From Bacillota bacterium (GTDB lineage Bacteria; Bacillota; Clostridia; Acetivibrionales; DUMC01), in assembly GCA_013314855.1 (NCBI GenBank), contig JABUEW010000002.1, positions 13,511 to 77,510 of the forward strand: 64,000 bases of DNA, written 5' to 3'. The translations under genes and the position numbers were made by a program. Positions within the stretch are counted from its first letter, which is position 1; each line of letters opens with the position of its first letter. Under the pieces are notes generated by a model that was given only the letters and a program-made list of their open reading frames with translations, did not search any database and had not been told where the DNA came from. This document shows positions 46,218 to 55,949 of this stretch, in pieces.

Positions 46218-47225
46218 TTACGCCATCGTCTCCAGCATTTTCAGTGTCACACTGTACTTCAGCTCTTTACCCTCCACATAACGTATAAATTCTTCTACAA
46301 TATAGCATCCCATCCTTTCAACTTCTCTGCCCATGCTGCCGGCTATGTGAGATGTGAGAATTACATTCTCCATTTTTCGAAGTTCACTGTCAAGTGCTGG
46401 AGGCTCAGGATCAGTCACGTCAAGAACAGCCGTCCTTGTGGGTACTGCTTTCAATGCCTCGATTAAATCCTTCTCTACTACCTGGGCGCCCCGTCCGGTA
46501 TTTATAAATGTGGCGTTCGGCAGCATGTTGCTGAAATGCTCCCTATTGAGCATTCCTACTGTGGCTGGAAGGTTTGCTATGTGGTTTGATATTGTCTGGC
46601 ATTGGGAGAAAATCTCAACCAGAGTGCATTTCCTCACTCCCAGTTTCTCTGCCCTTTCATCGGAAAGAAACGGATCGTATACCAGTACTTCGATGTTAAA
46701 ATGCCTTAAAAGCTCTATGACCTTTGTTCCTATCATACCTGCCCCTAGTATTCCCACTTTGGCAAAATAATTGCCAGTGAACATCTCCGAATACTTCTTT
46801 GCTGAATGAAAATCCTTTTTTGTTTTGAGGGCATTCTGGAAAAAGCCCTTGTTTGCCAATAGGATCTGCGCCAGCGTATACTCGGCAACCGGTACTGCAT
46901 TTGCTACCCATGCGCTTACTATGGTTATACCTTTACTAAGGAACGGGCGGGCAAAGTGTTGGACGCTACCTGCTGCATAGAACACTGCCTTCAGCTCGGG
47001 AAGGTATTGCTCAATTTCTTCTTCCGATAGCACAGGCATACCCCATGTCGAAAATACAACCTCCACGTCCTTGAGGTACTCTTTGTGATCCCCCAGGTTT
47101 TCCTTCGCAACCAACTCAGGGTATATTACTGCATATTTACTTATCTTACTTATACTTTCCCGGGTGTAGACCCTGTCTATCAATTCCCTGTTACGCCCTT
47201 GCGACATGAACACTGCTTTTACCAT
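46218..47225 (-). CDS. D-isomer-specific 2-hydroxyacid dehydrogenase family, NAD-binding
   Basis: GILGAGMIGTKV (GxGxxG), FINTGRG and LTSHIAG catalytic-His region. Confidence 0.75.
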   Translation of the reverse strand: MVKAVFMSQGRNRELIDRVYTRESISKISKYAVIYPELVAKENLGDHKEYLKDVEVVFSTWGMPVLSEEEIEQYLPELKAVFYAAGSVQHFARPFLSKGITIVSAWVANAVPVAEYTLAQILLANKGFFQNALKTKKDFHSAKKYSEMFTGNYFAKVGILGAGMIGTKVIELLRHFNIEVLVYDPFLSDERAEKLGVRKCTLVEIFSQCQTISNHIANLPATVGMLNREHFSNMLPNATFINTGRGAQVVEKDLIEALKAVPTRTAVLDVTDPEPPALDSELRKMENVILTSHIAGSMGREVERMGCYIVEEFIRYVEGKELKYSVTLKMLETMA

Positions 47226-47496
47226 AGGATTCCTCCTATCTCAATAAATTATCCGGTTACACTTTTTCTGATATTGTTAATATAATGATAACATAACAAA
47301 TCAAAGTATGTAAACTTTAGGCTATTAACTTTTATTACCATATTTTATTTTATATAATTTTAAAAGAAGGTTGCCTTCTCTAAATAAGTTGAATAACACT
47401 ATCAAAGTTGTTATAATTTTTATAGGTAAATATTAAATAATTTCGATTATCTGGTAAGCAAACAATGTCATTTTAAGAAAAGGAGATGTGTTGCAA

Positions 47497-47871
47497 ATGG
47501 AAATGAATGTTGGTGCAAAAGTGTGGTTTGTGCCCGATTGTTATTACCCTTCAACAAGCACTGGAAATCTTAAGAGTCATGAAGCTATATGCGTGCTGAA
47601 CCCCGGAAAAAAGGATGCCAATATCGAAATAACCTTATACTTTGAAGACAGGGATTGTATGCGGGGTTTTAAAGCTGTTTGCAAGGCTGAAAGAACAAAT
47701 CATATCAGGATGGATAAGTTAAAGAACGAAAATGGTGAAGGTGTACCCATGGATGTACCTTACGCAATGATGGTAATGAGTGATGTGGAAATAATTGCCC
47801 AGTATAGCAGAATGGATACCTCCCAGGCAGAGATGGCTTTAATGACAACAATGGCTTTCCCGTTCAAGTAA
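47497..47871 (+). CDS. ASRT-family protein (sensory rhodopsin transducer fold, PF07100-like)
   Basis: The pattern SHEAICVLNPGKKDANIEITLYFED...AERTNHIRMDKL...YSRMDTSQAEMALMTTMAF parallels the Anabaena ASRT / Thermotoga TM1070 family (recalled from memory). AGGAG 11 nt upstream. Confidence 0.6.
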   Translation: MEMNVGAKVWFVPDCYYPSTSTGNLKSHEAICVLNPGKKDANIEITLYFEDRDCMRGFKAVCKAERTNHIRMDKLKNENGEGVPMDVPYAMMVMSDVEIIAQYSRMDTSQAEMALMTTMAFPFK

Positions 47872-47892
47872 GAAGGCGAATTAATAGCAACA

Positions 47893-47940
47893 GGGGGACG
47901 CATTAAGCTCAAATAAAAAATGTGCGTCCCTATTTCTTTA
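47893..47940 (+). terminator. Terminator after the ASRT-family gene
   Basis: GGGACGCA (47895-47902) / TGCGTCCC (47923-47930), followed by TATTTCTTT. Confidence 0.45.
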
Positions 47941-48053
47941 AACTTCTCTACTTTTTTTGCAAATGCAATGGTCTTTCTTACTTCGGGACCAAAGGTATCC
48001 GTTCCTTCCTGGATATTCCATGGCCCTACTGAAAATTTAAACTGAGATTTCAT
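47928..48053 (-). pseudogene. N-terminal stub (about 42 codons) of a xylose-isomerase-like TIM-barrel gene
   Basis: MKSQFKFSVGPWNIQEGTDTFGPEVRKTIAFAKKVEKFKEIG resembles XylA/sugar-isomerase N-termini. The frame then runs into the ASRT terminator and gene with no further similarity. Confidence 0.5.
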
Positions 48054-48263
48054 ATATAACCCGTACCTACTATTCCTGCTTTTATCTTCCTCATTCGGAT
48101 TCCCCTTTAAATGAATGCGAGGCTTTAGGTTATAACCTCATGTTTTCATCAGAGTATTGATTGATTAGCCTTTATCGGAATAGCCCACGGCAGGCAGAAG
48201 AAACAGTCTGTACCTTGGGACAATGGTATCGTTTGCCTGGATGCAGAGATATCAATAAAGCTT

Positions 48264-49103
48264 TTATAAAAGCGGCATTTCAGTCATGCGGAGGTTTGTG
48301 CAGCCGTAAGGGATAAGCCGGAGTTCTTCTTCTTCATTGGAAACCCGATCCATTCCAGGGTAGGGGGCAGCACAACCGTTTTTCTTGTCCCAATCTACCT
48401 TTTTACCACGAACATGGGCTACTACCGGGGCTCCCCCGGGAGAAAAGGGACAGTCTCCTATAGGAAGTTCCTCAAACCGGATGCCGGATTCTGGATTATT
48501 TTTATCAAGACACAGGCCATAATTCCACGGTGTAGCAGGATATATTTCGTAATCACAGTGAGGAGGCTCGCGGCCTGGGATATCCCGGTTAATTCTTACC
48601 CAGCGTTCCGCAATGGGAAGCGAGTATACCAGAGGACCCCGGGTTACGGCATAGAGATTATTGGGCCGGCTTACAATACGGGGATGCATTGGGAAGTGAA
48701 GAGTAAAGGAGGTTTCCCCACTCCATACTTGCTCAAGACGGTAATAATCTCCATTCTTCAAGGAAATTGAGCGCCCCCCGATTTTTAGACAGGCACCTTC
48801 AGCCCATCCAGGCACTCTCAGCCATAGTGCAAATCCAGTCTCACGGTCAACCGTTACCTTAAAATCCAGGGATTCGCGGAAAGGGTACCCGGTATCTAGG
48901 GTTATAGAAACCTTTGCATTGTTTACTGAAGTTTTTACTGTACAGGGTGCGTAGATTGGAACAGCCAGTCCGTCCTGGCTTTGCATAAAAATAGACATGG
49001 CAAGCTTTGGCCAGGGTTGGCTGAGGTTTGCCGTGCAGCATCCATAATTTGGTTCAAGCCCGAATATGTTTGATTCTCCTCCGTTGGTGCGGTAAAAGCA
49101 CAT
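48264..49103 (-). pseudogene. C-terminal part of a GH127/DUF1680-type (beta-L-arabinofuranosidase-like) gene
   Basis: The frame opens mid-domain at ...LEPNYGCCTANLSQPWPKL (CC motif of the GH127 Cys/Zn site), followed by beta-sandwich-like C-terminal domains. The N-terminal catalytic part is missing. Confidence 0.55.
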
Positions 49104-49330
49104 TTCTTAAATTTTGCAGCCATTTAATCAGTCCCACCGTTGGTACTATAACCTTCAAAGACAAAAGTATTACCGAATACAGCCCTACGGAATTGAGGAA
49201 AAGGATAGTATATTGTTTCCAAACACCTTATCTTTTTGGTGATACAGTAATAGAAAACATCAACTTCCCTTTTTCTATAAGAAATGTAAAACCTGATACC
49301 GAAAAGATAAATGAACTGTTTTCAATGTTT
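49085..49330 (+). pseudogene. ABC-transporter ATPase fragment starting inside Walker A
   Basis: ...CGKSTFLKFCSHLISPTVGTITFKDKSITEYSPTELRKRIVYCFQTPYLFGDTVIENINFPF... The N-terminus, signature and Walker B are absent. It abuts the GH127 fragment on the opposite strand. Confidence 0.55.
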
Positions 49331-49450
49331 CATAGGTATGTTGTTTTCTGTAAAGTAGAGGATTATTTTATCAAAGTTGTTTACATCCCTTGAACTACTT
49401 ACCTTTACAATATTCTCATCAATCTCTACACTTGAAACACCATCTATTTT
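49330..49450 (-). pseudogene. Possible C-terminal fragment of an ABC-2-type ATPase
   Basis: The minus-strand frame reads KIDGVSSVEIDENIVKVSSSRDVNNFDKIILYFTENNIP, a pattern typical of the C-terminal domain of drug-type ABC ATPases. Confidence 0.35.
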
Positions 49451-49587
49451 GCAGTTTTACCGGTTAATACAAGCAATGTTTTACCAGTCTATATGAATGA
49501 TGATAATGAAATTTTCATTTCCAGGGGCTTTATCTGGGAATTTCCTTATAGCGGAGGCATTGATTTGATAAAATGAGTTGGGAGATC

Positions 49588-49648
49588 CAAAAAATTAAGA
49601 TAAAAGCTTTAATGTCAAATTATATCAATGCCACCACCCATTAAAGCT
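49588..49648 (-). terminator. Terminator after the GH20 gene
   Basis: AGCTTTAATG (49605-49614) / CATTAAAGCT (49639-49648). On the minus strand it is followed by TTTATCTTAATTTTTT. Confidence 0.45.
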
Positions 49649-49673
49649 CCCTTTATATTTCTACATTATATCT

Positions 49674-51575
49674 CTACATGAATGAATAGAAAGTCGTTAT
49701 AGATATCCGGCTGGGAGATGGCATCCTGTTATAAACATTACACTGAACCAAGCCTTCCACCCCATTAAAGTAAAGCCTTTCATGCTCCAGTTCCTCTATC
49801 CGGTCTATCTTACCCTGCAGATAGTCGTTAATTCTCGCTATGGCAGTATCAAGCCTCATAAGCAGTGCACCATACCTGAGATCAAGTATCTCCCATCCAG
49901 ATGGTTTGTTGATCATCATCCATAAACTTCTGTGATATTCTCTTAAGTTCTTCACCCTTTTTATCAGTTCAGGTAGCTCTTTTTGGGCTAACTCCTCAAG
50001 TACCACGTTATTTTTATTTCTGTAGGCATTTGTTATCCTTATCCCCATTTCAGCCTTTAGTTCCAATACTAGACTTACTCTTCTCAAATACTCAAAAACA
50101 AAATTTAAATCCCCATTCCTTCCAGCATACACGCTTAGCTTTTTCGCTAAATCATTGTAATGACTGCTTAAGGGTAACCCCTCAATATTCTTGTCAAATA
50201 GGCCAAGGAGAACATCCTGCCACATAAGGTATTTACTCGTGTTCCTGTTATTAGTGTTGCCATTTTGGGTTCCAGGTACCTCGTCAATGTATTTAACGCT
50301 TATGAAGTCATCATAGTCTGTCCCCGTACAGAATTTGAACCTTTTCTTCAATTTCTCTTCATCCAGCACTTTGGAATACCCATGTTCGGCAAAAAGCTGT
50401 AACCCTACCATGTTGGTATATATATTGCACTCGGTAGTATCATCGCCCCATATTGTTGCAAATACCTCTTTTATTCCCTGCTTCTTGCAAGCGTTGAGTG
50501 CAGCATTTGTGTTAGCATAGGTTATACCATAATTAAGTGTGAAACCTGTCCAGCTCCATAGACCTCCTGCGAATATTGGATCAGACCCAAACTCCCTGTG
50601 CCTCTTTATCCACTCGTTGTAAAAATCCTCATCCGAGTGGTAGTAATCCCAGTAAACAAGCTGAACCCCTTTTGGTACCATGTCAATCACTTCTTTTGGT
50701 ATAACAGAGTTTATGTCATAATAGTCCCCTGTTCTGGATGCTGCTCTGAAATACATGTCGCTCCATATCATCGGCTTCAACCCGTATTTTTCTGTTATCT
50801 TAAGCACATACGTAAGATGTTCGTTCATTATGTCAAATTTATTGCGATAGCCGTTTAACTTGAGGTAGTTTCCCTGTCCAAGTTTCCATGCTTCATCCAT
50901 GCCTATATGGATCCTTTTTGTCCTAAAAGGTTCGCATGCTGCAGCTATCATTTTTTCAATAAACTCGTAAGTCTTTTCATAACCTACCAAGAGTGTATCG
51001 TCATCTTCTTTAATATCGTTGTAACATCCCCACTTTAAAACATCTATCAAATGTGCAAGTGTCTGTATGCACGGTATTACCTCAATTCCGAAAGCATAAG
51101 CATAGTCGTCTATCTCTTTCATCTCTTCATAGCTGTATTTTGATCTCATATATCCAAAATATGGTTGATCCTTTATCTCATAACTGTCTTCAGAGTACAG
51201 CATAAGCATATTCAGGCCCATGGCTGCCATATATCTGATTATCTTTTTTACATTATCAATATTTATTACGGCATTACCCTGTGATACATCGAACATAACA
51301 CCATTCATAGTAAACTGAGGCTCTTCCTGTATCTCAAAAGTATCTGCTTCCTGGAAGGCTTCTATCAACAGTCCAAGAGCTCTGAAAAAATAAATTCTTT
51401 CTTTATACTTAATAACTGCAGACTTTCCCTTTTTTACAACACTTATAAGATTATTCTGAACCTTTTCTACATTAATCTCAAGACCTTCCGGGCATACTTC
51501 AAAACCAAACATGCCGGAAAATATTTCAATCCCTTTATTAAGACCAGAAATATCTCCTTTAAATGAAAGCTTCAT
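49674..51575 (-). CDS. GH20 beta-N-acetylhexosaminidase (cytoplasmic)
   Basis: RIHIGMDEAWKLG (GH20 H-x-G-x-D-E catalytic pair) and a TIM-barrel core. No signal peptide. Confidence 0.75.
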   Translation of the reverse strand: MKLSFKGDISGLNKGIEIFSGMFGFEVCPEGLEINVEKVQNNLISVVKKGKSAVIKYKERIYFFRALGLLIEAFQEADTFEIQEEPQFTMNGVMFDVSQGNAVINIDNVKKIIRYMAAMGLNMLMLYSEDSYEIKDQPYFGYMRSKYSYEEMKEIDDYAYAFGIEVIPCIQTLAHLIDVLKWGCYNDIKEDDDTLLVGYEKTYEFIEKMIAAACEPFRTKRIHIGMDEAWKLGQGNYLKLNGYRNKFDIMNEHLTYVLKITEKYGLKPMIWSDMYFRAASRTGDYYDINSVIPKEVIDMVPKGVQLVYWDYYHSDEDFYNEWIKRHREFGSDPIFAGGLWSWTGFTLNYGITYANTNAALNACKKQGIKEVFATIWGDDTTECNIYTNMVGLQLFAEHGYSKVLDEEKLKKRFKFCTGTDYDDFISVKYIDEVPGTQNGNTNNRNTSKYLMWQDVLLGLFDKNIEGLPLSSHYNDLAKKLSVYAGRNGDLNFVFEYLRRVSLVLELKAEMGIRITNAYRNKNNVVLEELAQKELPELIKRVKNLREYHRSLWMMINKPSGWEILDLRYGALLMRLDTAIARINDYLQGKIDRIEELEHERLYFNGVEGLVQCNVYNRMPSPSRISITTFYSFM

Positions 51576-51660
51576 TATAATCCCCCTAACTATTAATCCT
51601 GTATTAAAATTAATATTAGCATTAAAATAATAACCAAAGTACAGCAGCTGAACAATTGAA

Positions 51661-52020
51661 CTAATATTTCCCGAATTCCCGCCCAGCCTCTACCATTGCA
51701 ATCATATTTTCTTCCGGAGTCATCCTGGGAATCATTTCTCCACTGTTGAATATATATCCACCATTCCTGCCACCAGCTTCAATAATTCTTTTCGCCTCTT
51801 CCTTAACTTTTTCCGGAGTGCCATTCATCAGTACATTAATAGGGTCAATATTCCCTATCAAACATACTTTGTCTCCAACAGCCTGCTTTACGTCAGCTAT
51901 ATCAACGCCTGGTCCCACACTTAATGCACTGATACCTGTTTGAGCTTGGACTTTAATATGTTCAATTTTGTGCTCACTTGCATGGTAAAAGCTGTAGCCT
52001 CTACACCCTTATAAGCCATA
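51661..52020 (-). pseudogene. Uroporphyrinogen-decarboxylase (URO-D/MtaA-like) family remnant
   Basis: The C-terminal third reads ...FYHASEHKIEHIKVQAQTGISALSVGPGVDIADVKQAVGDKVCLIGNIDP...GGYIFNSGEMIP... An intact GGAGG + ATG (52018-52020) lies just upstream but in another frame. Confidence 0.55.
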
Positions 52021-52688
52021 ATAACCCCTCCAAACCTAAATTTAGTACAACCATTATTAAACCAGGTACACCAAAATCCTAAAATTATATGTCATGGCCT
52101 TTCTTGTATGCACAGGTCTACAACTTGGAAACCCTGGGCGGATTATTCATCAAATCCTCAGGCATTATTTGAGCAGTTTTTTTCTCATCACCCGGTTTTC
52201 GCTTTCTTGTATACGGATATAACTCACATTTCTTATATTAGAACTTTAGTTAAAACTTTAGCTTCCATAGAGCTTTTAAGACTACCTGCTTATTTAACCT
52301 TTCTAGTTCGTGCTATAAACCAACGCTTATTAATTACTTAAATTTAATATTTTATTTGTTGCATAAAATAATAAGATAATTATATTATATTTGTTATACT
52401 ATTATCTGTCAATGTGATTTTTTTATAGTTATGGTTGTGCAGCAATTTAGATTAACCCAAACTGCAGATGTGCTTTAGAAAATGCTGCAAATCATCAGCT
52501 TATAGACAATCATAGGCTTGTAGCCAGGTTTTATTGAGGAATTTGAGCTGCCACTCTAATTCTTATTTCATCAAGGTCATCACCTGATGCGTTAACTATT
52601 ATTAACATCCTCTGGTAATTATATAGTCCATGGAAAGGGGAGATATTGCATAAGTAAAACAAAAGTCTTTTAGTTGAATAATTCTTCT

Positions 52689-53564
52689 TTACTCCTTTAC
52701 ACTGCCGCTTAAAATGCCCGCTATAAAATATTTCTGCAAGCATATAAATAGAACGTATATTATAAAGCTGGACACAACTGTTGCAGCCATGAGCTGGTTC
52801 CATATAATCTCTGCTTCATCCCTGAACATTGTAAGAGCTATTTGAACAGTTTTCATGCTGTCAGAGTTGGTCATTATAAGTGGCCATGTATATTCATTCC
52901 ATGTTCCTGTAAATTTTAGTATACCCAGCGATGCCAGGATTGGTTTAGAAAGAGGCAGATATATTCTAACAAACGTCATAAACCTGCTGCACCCATCAAT
53001 CCTGGCCGAATTATCAATATCTTGAGGAAAAGTTATATAAAACTGCCGGCAAAGAAAAACACCGAAAGAGCCGGCAATAAACGGTATTATAAGCCCGGCG
53101 TATGTGTTTATTAATCCCCTTCCGCCTATACCTAATATATTGTTCCCGCCTGCAAGGGGAAATCTTTTCATCATAATAAAAAGCGGGACCATTGTAACCT
53201 GGGGTGGAATCATCATACCTATGAGCAGCAGCACAAATAATAAATGTCTGCCCTTAAATTTGATGCGGGCAAAAACATATCCTGTCATGGAATTGATGAA
53301 AAGGCTTATAATAACTACAATTATAGTAATATATATACTGTTAAAGAAGTATCTGCCCCAAGAACCATTTGTCATTGCTTTAATATAGTTAATGAATTGG
53401 GGTTTTTGGGGAAATAACAACAACTCCGGCGAATATATCTCTTTCATTGTCTGAAGAGATGCCGAAATCATAATAAAAAACGGTATTCCTATGATAATGG
53501 TAAACAGCAATACCACAAGCCAGGTTAACAATTTATATATGGTGTCTTTCATTTCTGTTGTCAA
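52689..53564 (-). CDS. Carbohydrate ABC transporter permease (MalG-like)
   Basis: EAA-like DNSARIDGCSRFMTFVRIYLP. Six TM segments. Confidence 0.85.
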   Translation of the reverse strand: MTTEMKDTIYKLLTWLVVLLFTIIIGIPFFIMISASLQTMKEIYSPELLLFPQKPQFINYIKAMTNGSWGRYFFNSIYITIIVVIISLFINSMTGYVFARIKFKGRHLLFVLLLIGMMIPPQVTMVPLFIMMKRFPLAGGNNILGIGGRGLINTYAGLIIPFIAGSFGVFLCRQFYITFPQDIDNSARIDGCSRFMTFVRIYLPLSKPILASLGILKFTGTWNEYTWPLIMTNSDSMKTVQIALTMFRDEAEIIWNQLMAATVVSSFIIYVLFICLQKYFIAGILSGSVKE

Positions 53565-54448
53565 TCCTCCTGCTCTTTTCCTTCTCCAATGCGCATATTT
53601 AAAAGGGTAATTCCAAAAATAATTACCAAAAGTACTATGGACATTGCCGATGCATACCCCATTTTATACTCGCTAAAAGCGCGCATATATATTTGATGAA
53701 CAATTGTCGTAGTGCTGTTGATTGGCCCCCCGCCAGTCATAATCCGTACCTGTTCAAAGGTTTTAAAGGATTCGATACAAGTTGTAACAAATATAAAAAA
53801 GGAAATTGGTGATACCATGGGTACGGTAATTTTGAATAGCATTGCAAATTGCGAAGCACCGTCAACTTTGCCTGCTTCATATAAGCTTGCAGGAATATTT
53901 GCAAGCCCTGCCAGGTAAATTATCATCACATATCCTATATTTTTCCAGATATTCATAATAATAAGGCATGGTAATGCCAGGTGTTCATCAAATAACCACT
54001 TTAAAGGTTGAAATCCTAAAGCTATAAGTATTTTGTTAAATATTCCCGTTGTAGGTTCGTACATATAAAGCCATACCATGGACACTGCAACCATGGAGGT
54101 CACATAAGGAAATATATAAAGCGCTCTTACCATATAAAATACTTTTGACATCCCGTTAACTGCAACTGCGGCAATAAAGCCAAAAACCATGAGAGGCACT
54201 ACACTAAATGCTGCGTAAATTAAAGTATTCCATATGGAACGGAGAAAGTCCTTATCACTGAATAATTTAATATAGTTATTCAAGCCAACAAAATCCCTTG
54301 TTTTTCCAAGGTCGTAGTTTGTAAAACTATTTATAAAATTAGTAACTATAGGCACCAATACAAAAAGGATAAAAAAGGCAAAAAAGGGTGTTATCATGGC
54401 ATATGCTTCTATATCATCGCTTCTGATTTTGATCTTTTTTTTGGTCAT
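53561..54448 (-). CDS. Carbohydrate ABC transporter permease (MalF-like)
   Basis: YEAGKVDGASQFAMLFKITVPM EAA loop. The start is probably MTKKKIKI (54448) rather than the ORF-track 54517. Confidence 0.8.
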   Translation of the reverse strand: MTKKKIKIRSDDIEAYAMITPFFAFFILFVLVPIVTNFINSFTNYDLGKTRDFVGLNNYIKLFSDKDFLRSIWNTLIYAAFSVVPLMVFGFIAAVAVNGMSKVFYMVRALYIFPYVTSMVAVSMVWLYMYEPTTGIFNKILIALGFQPLKWLFDEHLALPCLIIMNIWKNIGYVMIIYLAGLANIPASLYEAGKVDGASQFAMLFKITVPMVSPISFFIFVTTCIESFKTFEQVRIMTGGGPINSTTTIVHQIYMRAFSEYKMGYASAMSIVLLVIIFGITLLNMRIGEGKEQED

Positions 54449-54546
54449 ATGTGCATACCTGCACTTTAGTCCGGTGTAATTCCATGTTATGCCAAGTTTT
54501 CTTGATACACCCTTCATTGCCCTCTCCTTTTACTGTTTCATTTCTT

Positions 54547-54601
54547 TATATCTTATCATCTCTGCTTATATCTTATCATCTCTTTATGTCTTATCATTTT
54601 T
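54547..54601. repeat. Three tandem copies of an 18-20-nt unit at the SBP/permease junction
   Basis: tatatcttatcatctct (54547), tatatcttatcatctct (54567) and tatgtcttatcattttt (54585). The third copy overlaps the SBP stop codon (54594). Confidence 0.75.
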
Positions 54602-55865
54602 TTATATCTTCCAGTAATTTGTTTTGTGCTTCATTTAAAGCCTCTTCAATTGATACCTTTGAATAAAGCACTTTTTGTACCATTTCATTCCTCAAGGTCT
54701 GGAACCTGGGAGACCAGGTAGTCCTGGGCATGCCTATACCAACCTCAACACATTCGGCCCTTACCGAATTGTATGGATCCAGCTTTGCGAATTCGTCAAC
54801 AAGGGATTTCCTCGTAACAGGTATATTTAGCCTTTTACTGCGTTCAAGCACCTGTTCCTTCGTTAAAGCCATTTCAATGAATTTCCATGCCTCATCTCTA
54901 TTTTTACATCCGGAGCCCATAAAGAGCATGTTACACCCACAGAATGATGCCTTCTTTTTGTTATACGGCGGTACAGCGATAGCCACTTTCTCTTTCAAAT
55001 CGGCATCTTCCAGCATAGGCCGCAAAGCAACGTTATTTATCAGTGTCATGGCAGCATTTCCTTTAATAAAAGGATTTACTTCATTGCTGTTGTACGGGAT
55101 ATTTACTTCGTCAATAAAGCTCTTCAAAAACTCGAAAGCTTCTGCTTTTTCAGGTGTATTAATTATAGGCATGCCATCGTCATCAACATATTTACCGCCG
55201 TTGCCGAAAACAAAAACATCGAATTCAACAAAATTTCCTGCTGCCATTGGAAATGCAAAACCTGCCCGAGTTATCCTGTCACCTTCCTTTACAGTCAGAA
55301 GCCTGGCATAATCTCTTAGCTCATCCCATGTTCTTGGTGGTTTTTCGGGGTCAATGCCGGCTTCTTCAAACATATCCTTGCGATATGCAAAGACAAACGG
55401 TGTGGTAGAATATGCAAGACCATATATTTCGCCCTTATAGGTACCATTGGCAAGTACACTTTCCATTATATCGTCCTTGCCTTCCCATTTTGAATAGTAA
55501 TCCGTAATAGGCTGATAATGACCTGCTTCAACCCTGTTTGCTACAGAAATAATACCATGCCCGATAATATCAGGACCTGCACCTCCTGCAAAAAGTGTGT
55601 TAAGTTTGGTTTCCATGGGTTCACCTATCGCAGCATCATCATATTGGATTTTGATATTTGGGTTCTTTAATTCGAATTCTTTGATAAGAGATTTCCAATA
55701 ATCCGCTTCAGGTGTATCGTTACCTATACGTAAAAAGGTTAATGTTACTATATCTTTATTATAATTATTATCATTTTTGCTTCCACAAGAGGAAAAAAGT
55801 ATTAAATTTGCTAAAACCATCATAATTACTAATGATACTGTTATTATTCTCTTTATTTTCTTCAT
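54594..55865 (-). CDS. CUT1-type sugar ABC transporter substrate-binding lipoprotein
   Basis: Signal peptide with lipobox LFSSCGS. Family-1 SBP size. Confidence 0.85.
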   Translation of the reverse strand: MKKIKRIITVSLVIMMVLANLILFSSCGSKNDNNYNKDIVTLTFLRIGNDTPEADYWKSLIKEFELKNPNIKIQYDDAAIGEPMETKLNTLFAGGAGPDIIGHGIISVANRVEAGHYQPITDYYSKWEGKDDIMESVLANGTYKGEIYGLAYSTTPFVFAYRKDMFEEAGIDPEKPPRTWDELRDYARLLTVKEGDRITRAGFAFPMAAGNFVEFDVFVFGNGGKYVDDDGMPIINTPEKAEAFEFLKSFIDEVNIPYNSNEVNPFIKGNAAMTLINNVALRPMLEDADLKEKVAIAVPPYNKKKASFCGCNMLFMGSGCKNRDEAWKFIEMALTKEQVLERSKRLNIPVTRKSLVDEFAKLDPYNSVRAECVEVGIGMPRTTWSPRFQTLRNEMVQKVLYSKVSIEEALNEAQNKLLEDIKK

Positions 55866-55949
55866 TTTTTGTCCTCCTTCTCTTCTCTAAACGGATTTTC
55901 GGGGATAGTCCGGTAAAAACCATCCTTACTTACTCATCAATTTTGCTTA

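Noticed and set aside
48101-48125. Possible att-site remnant: ttcggattcccct resembles the tRNA-Glu T-arm ttcgaatcccct
   Set aside because: About 11 of 13 nt match over a very short span that includes an indel, and the match does not extend into the acceptor stem. No integrase is present, so this is indistinguishable from chance by eye.
52020-52688. ORFs 52108-52341 (+) and 52531-52803 (-) in the gap between the URO-D remnant and the permease gene
   Set aside because: They have no recognisable motifs or RBS. The second overlaps the 3' end of a bona fide permease gene. The region may hold further unrecognisable debris, but I cannot support a call.
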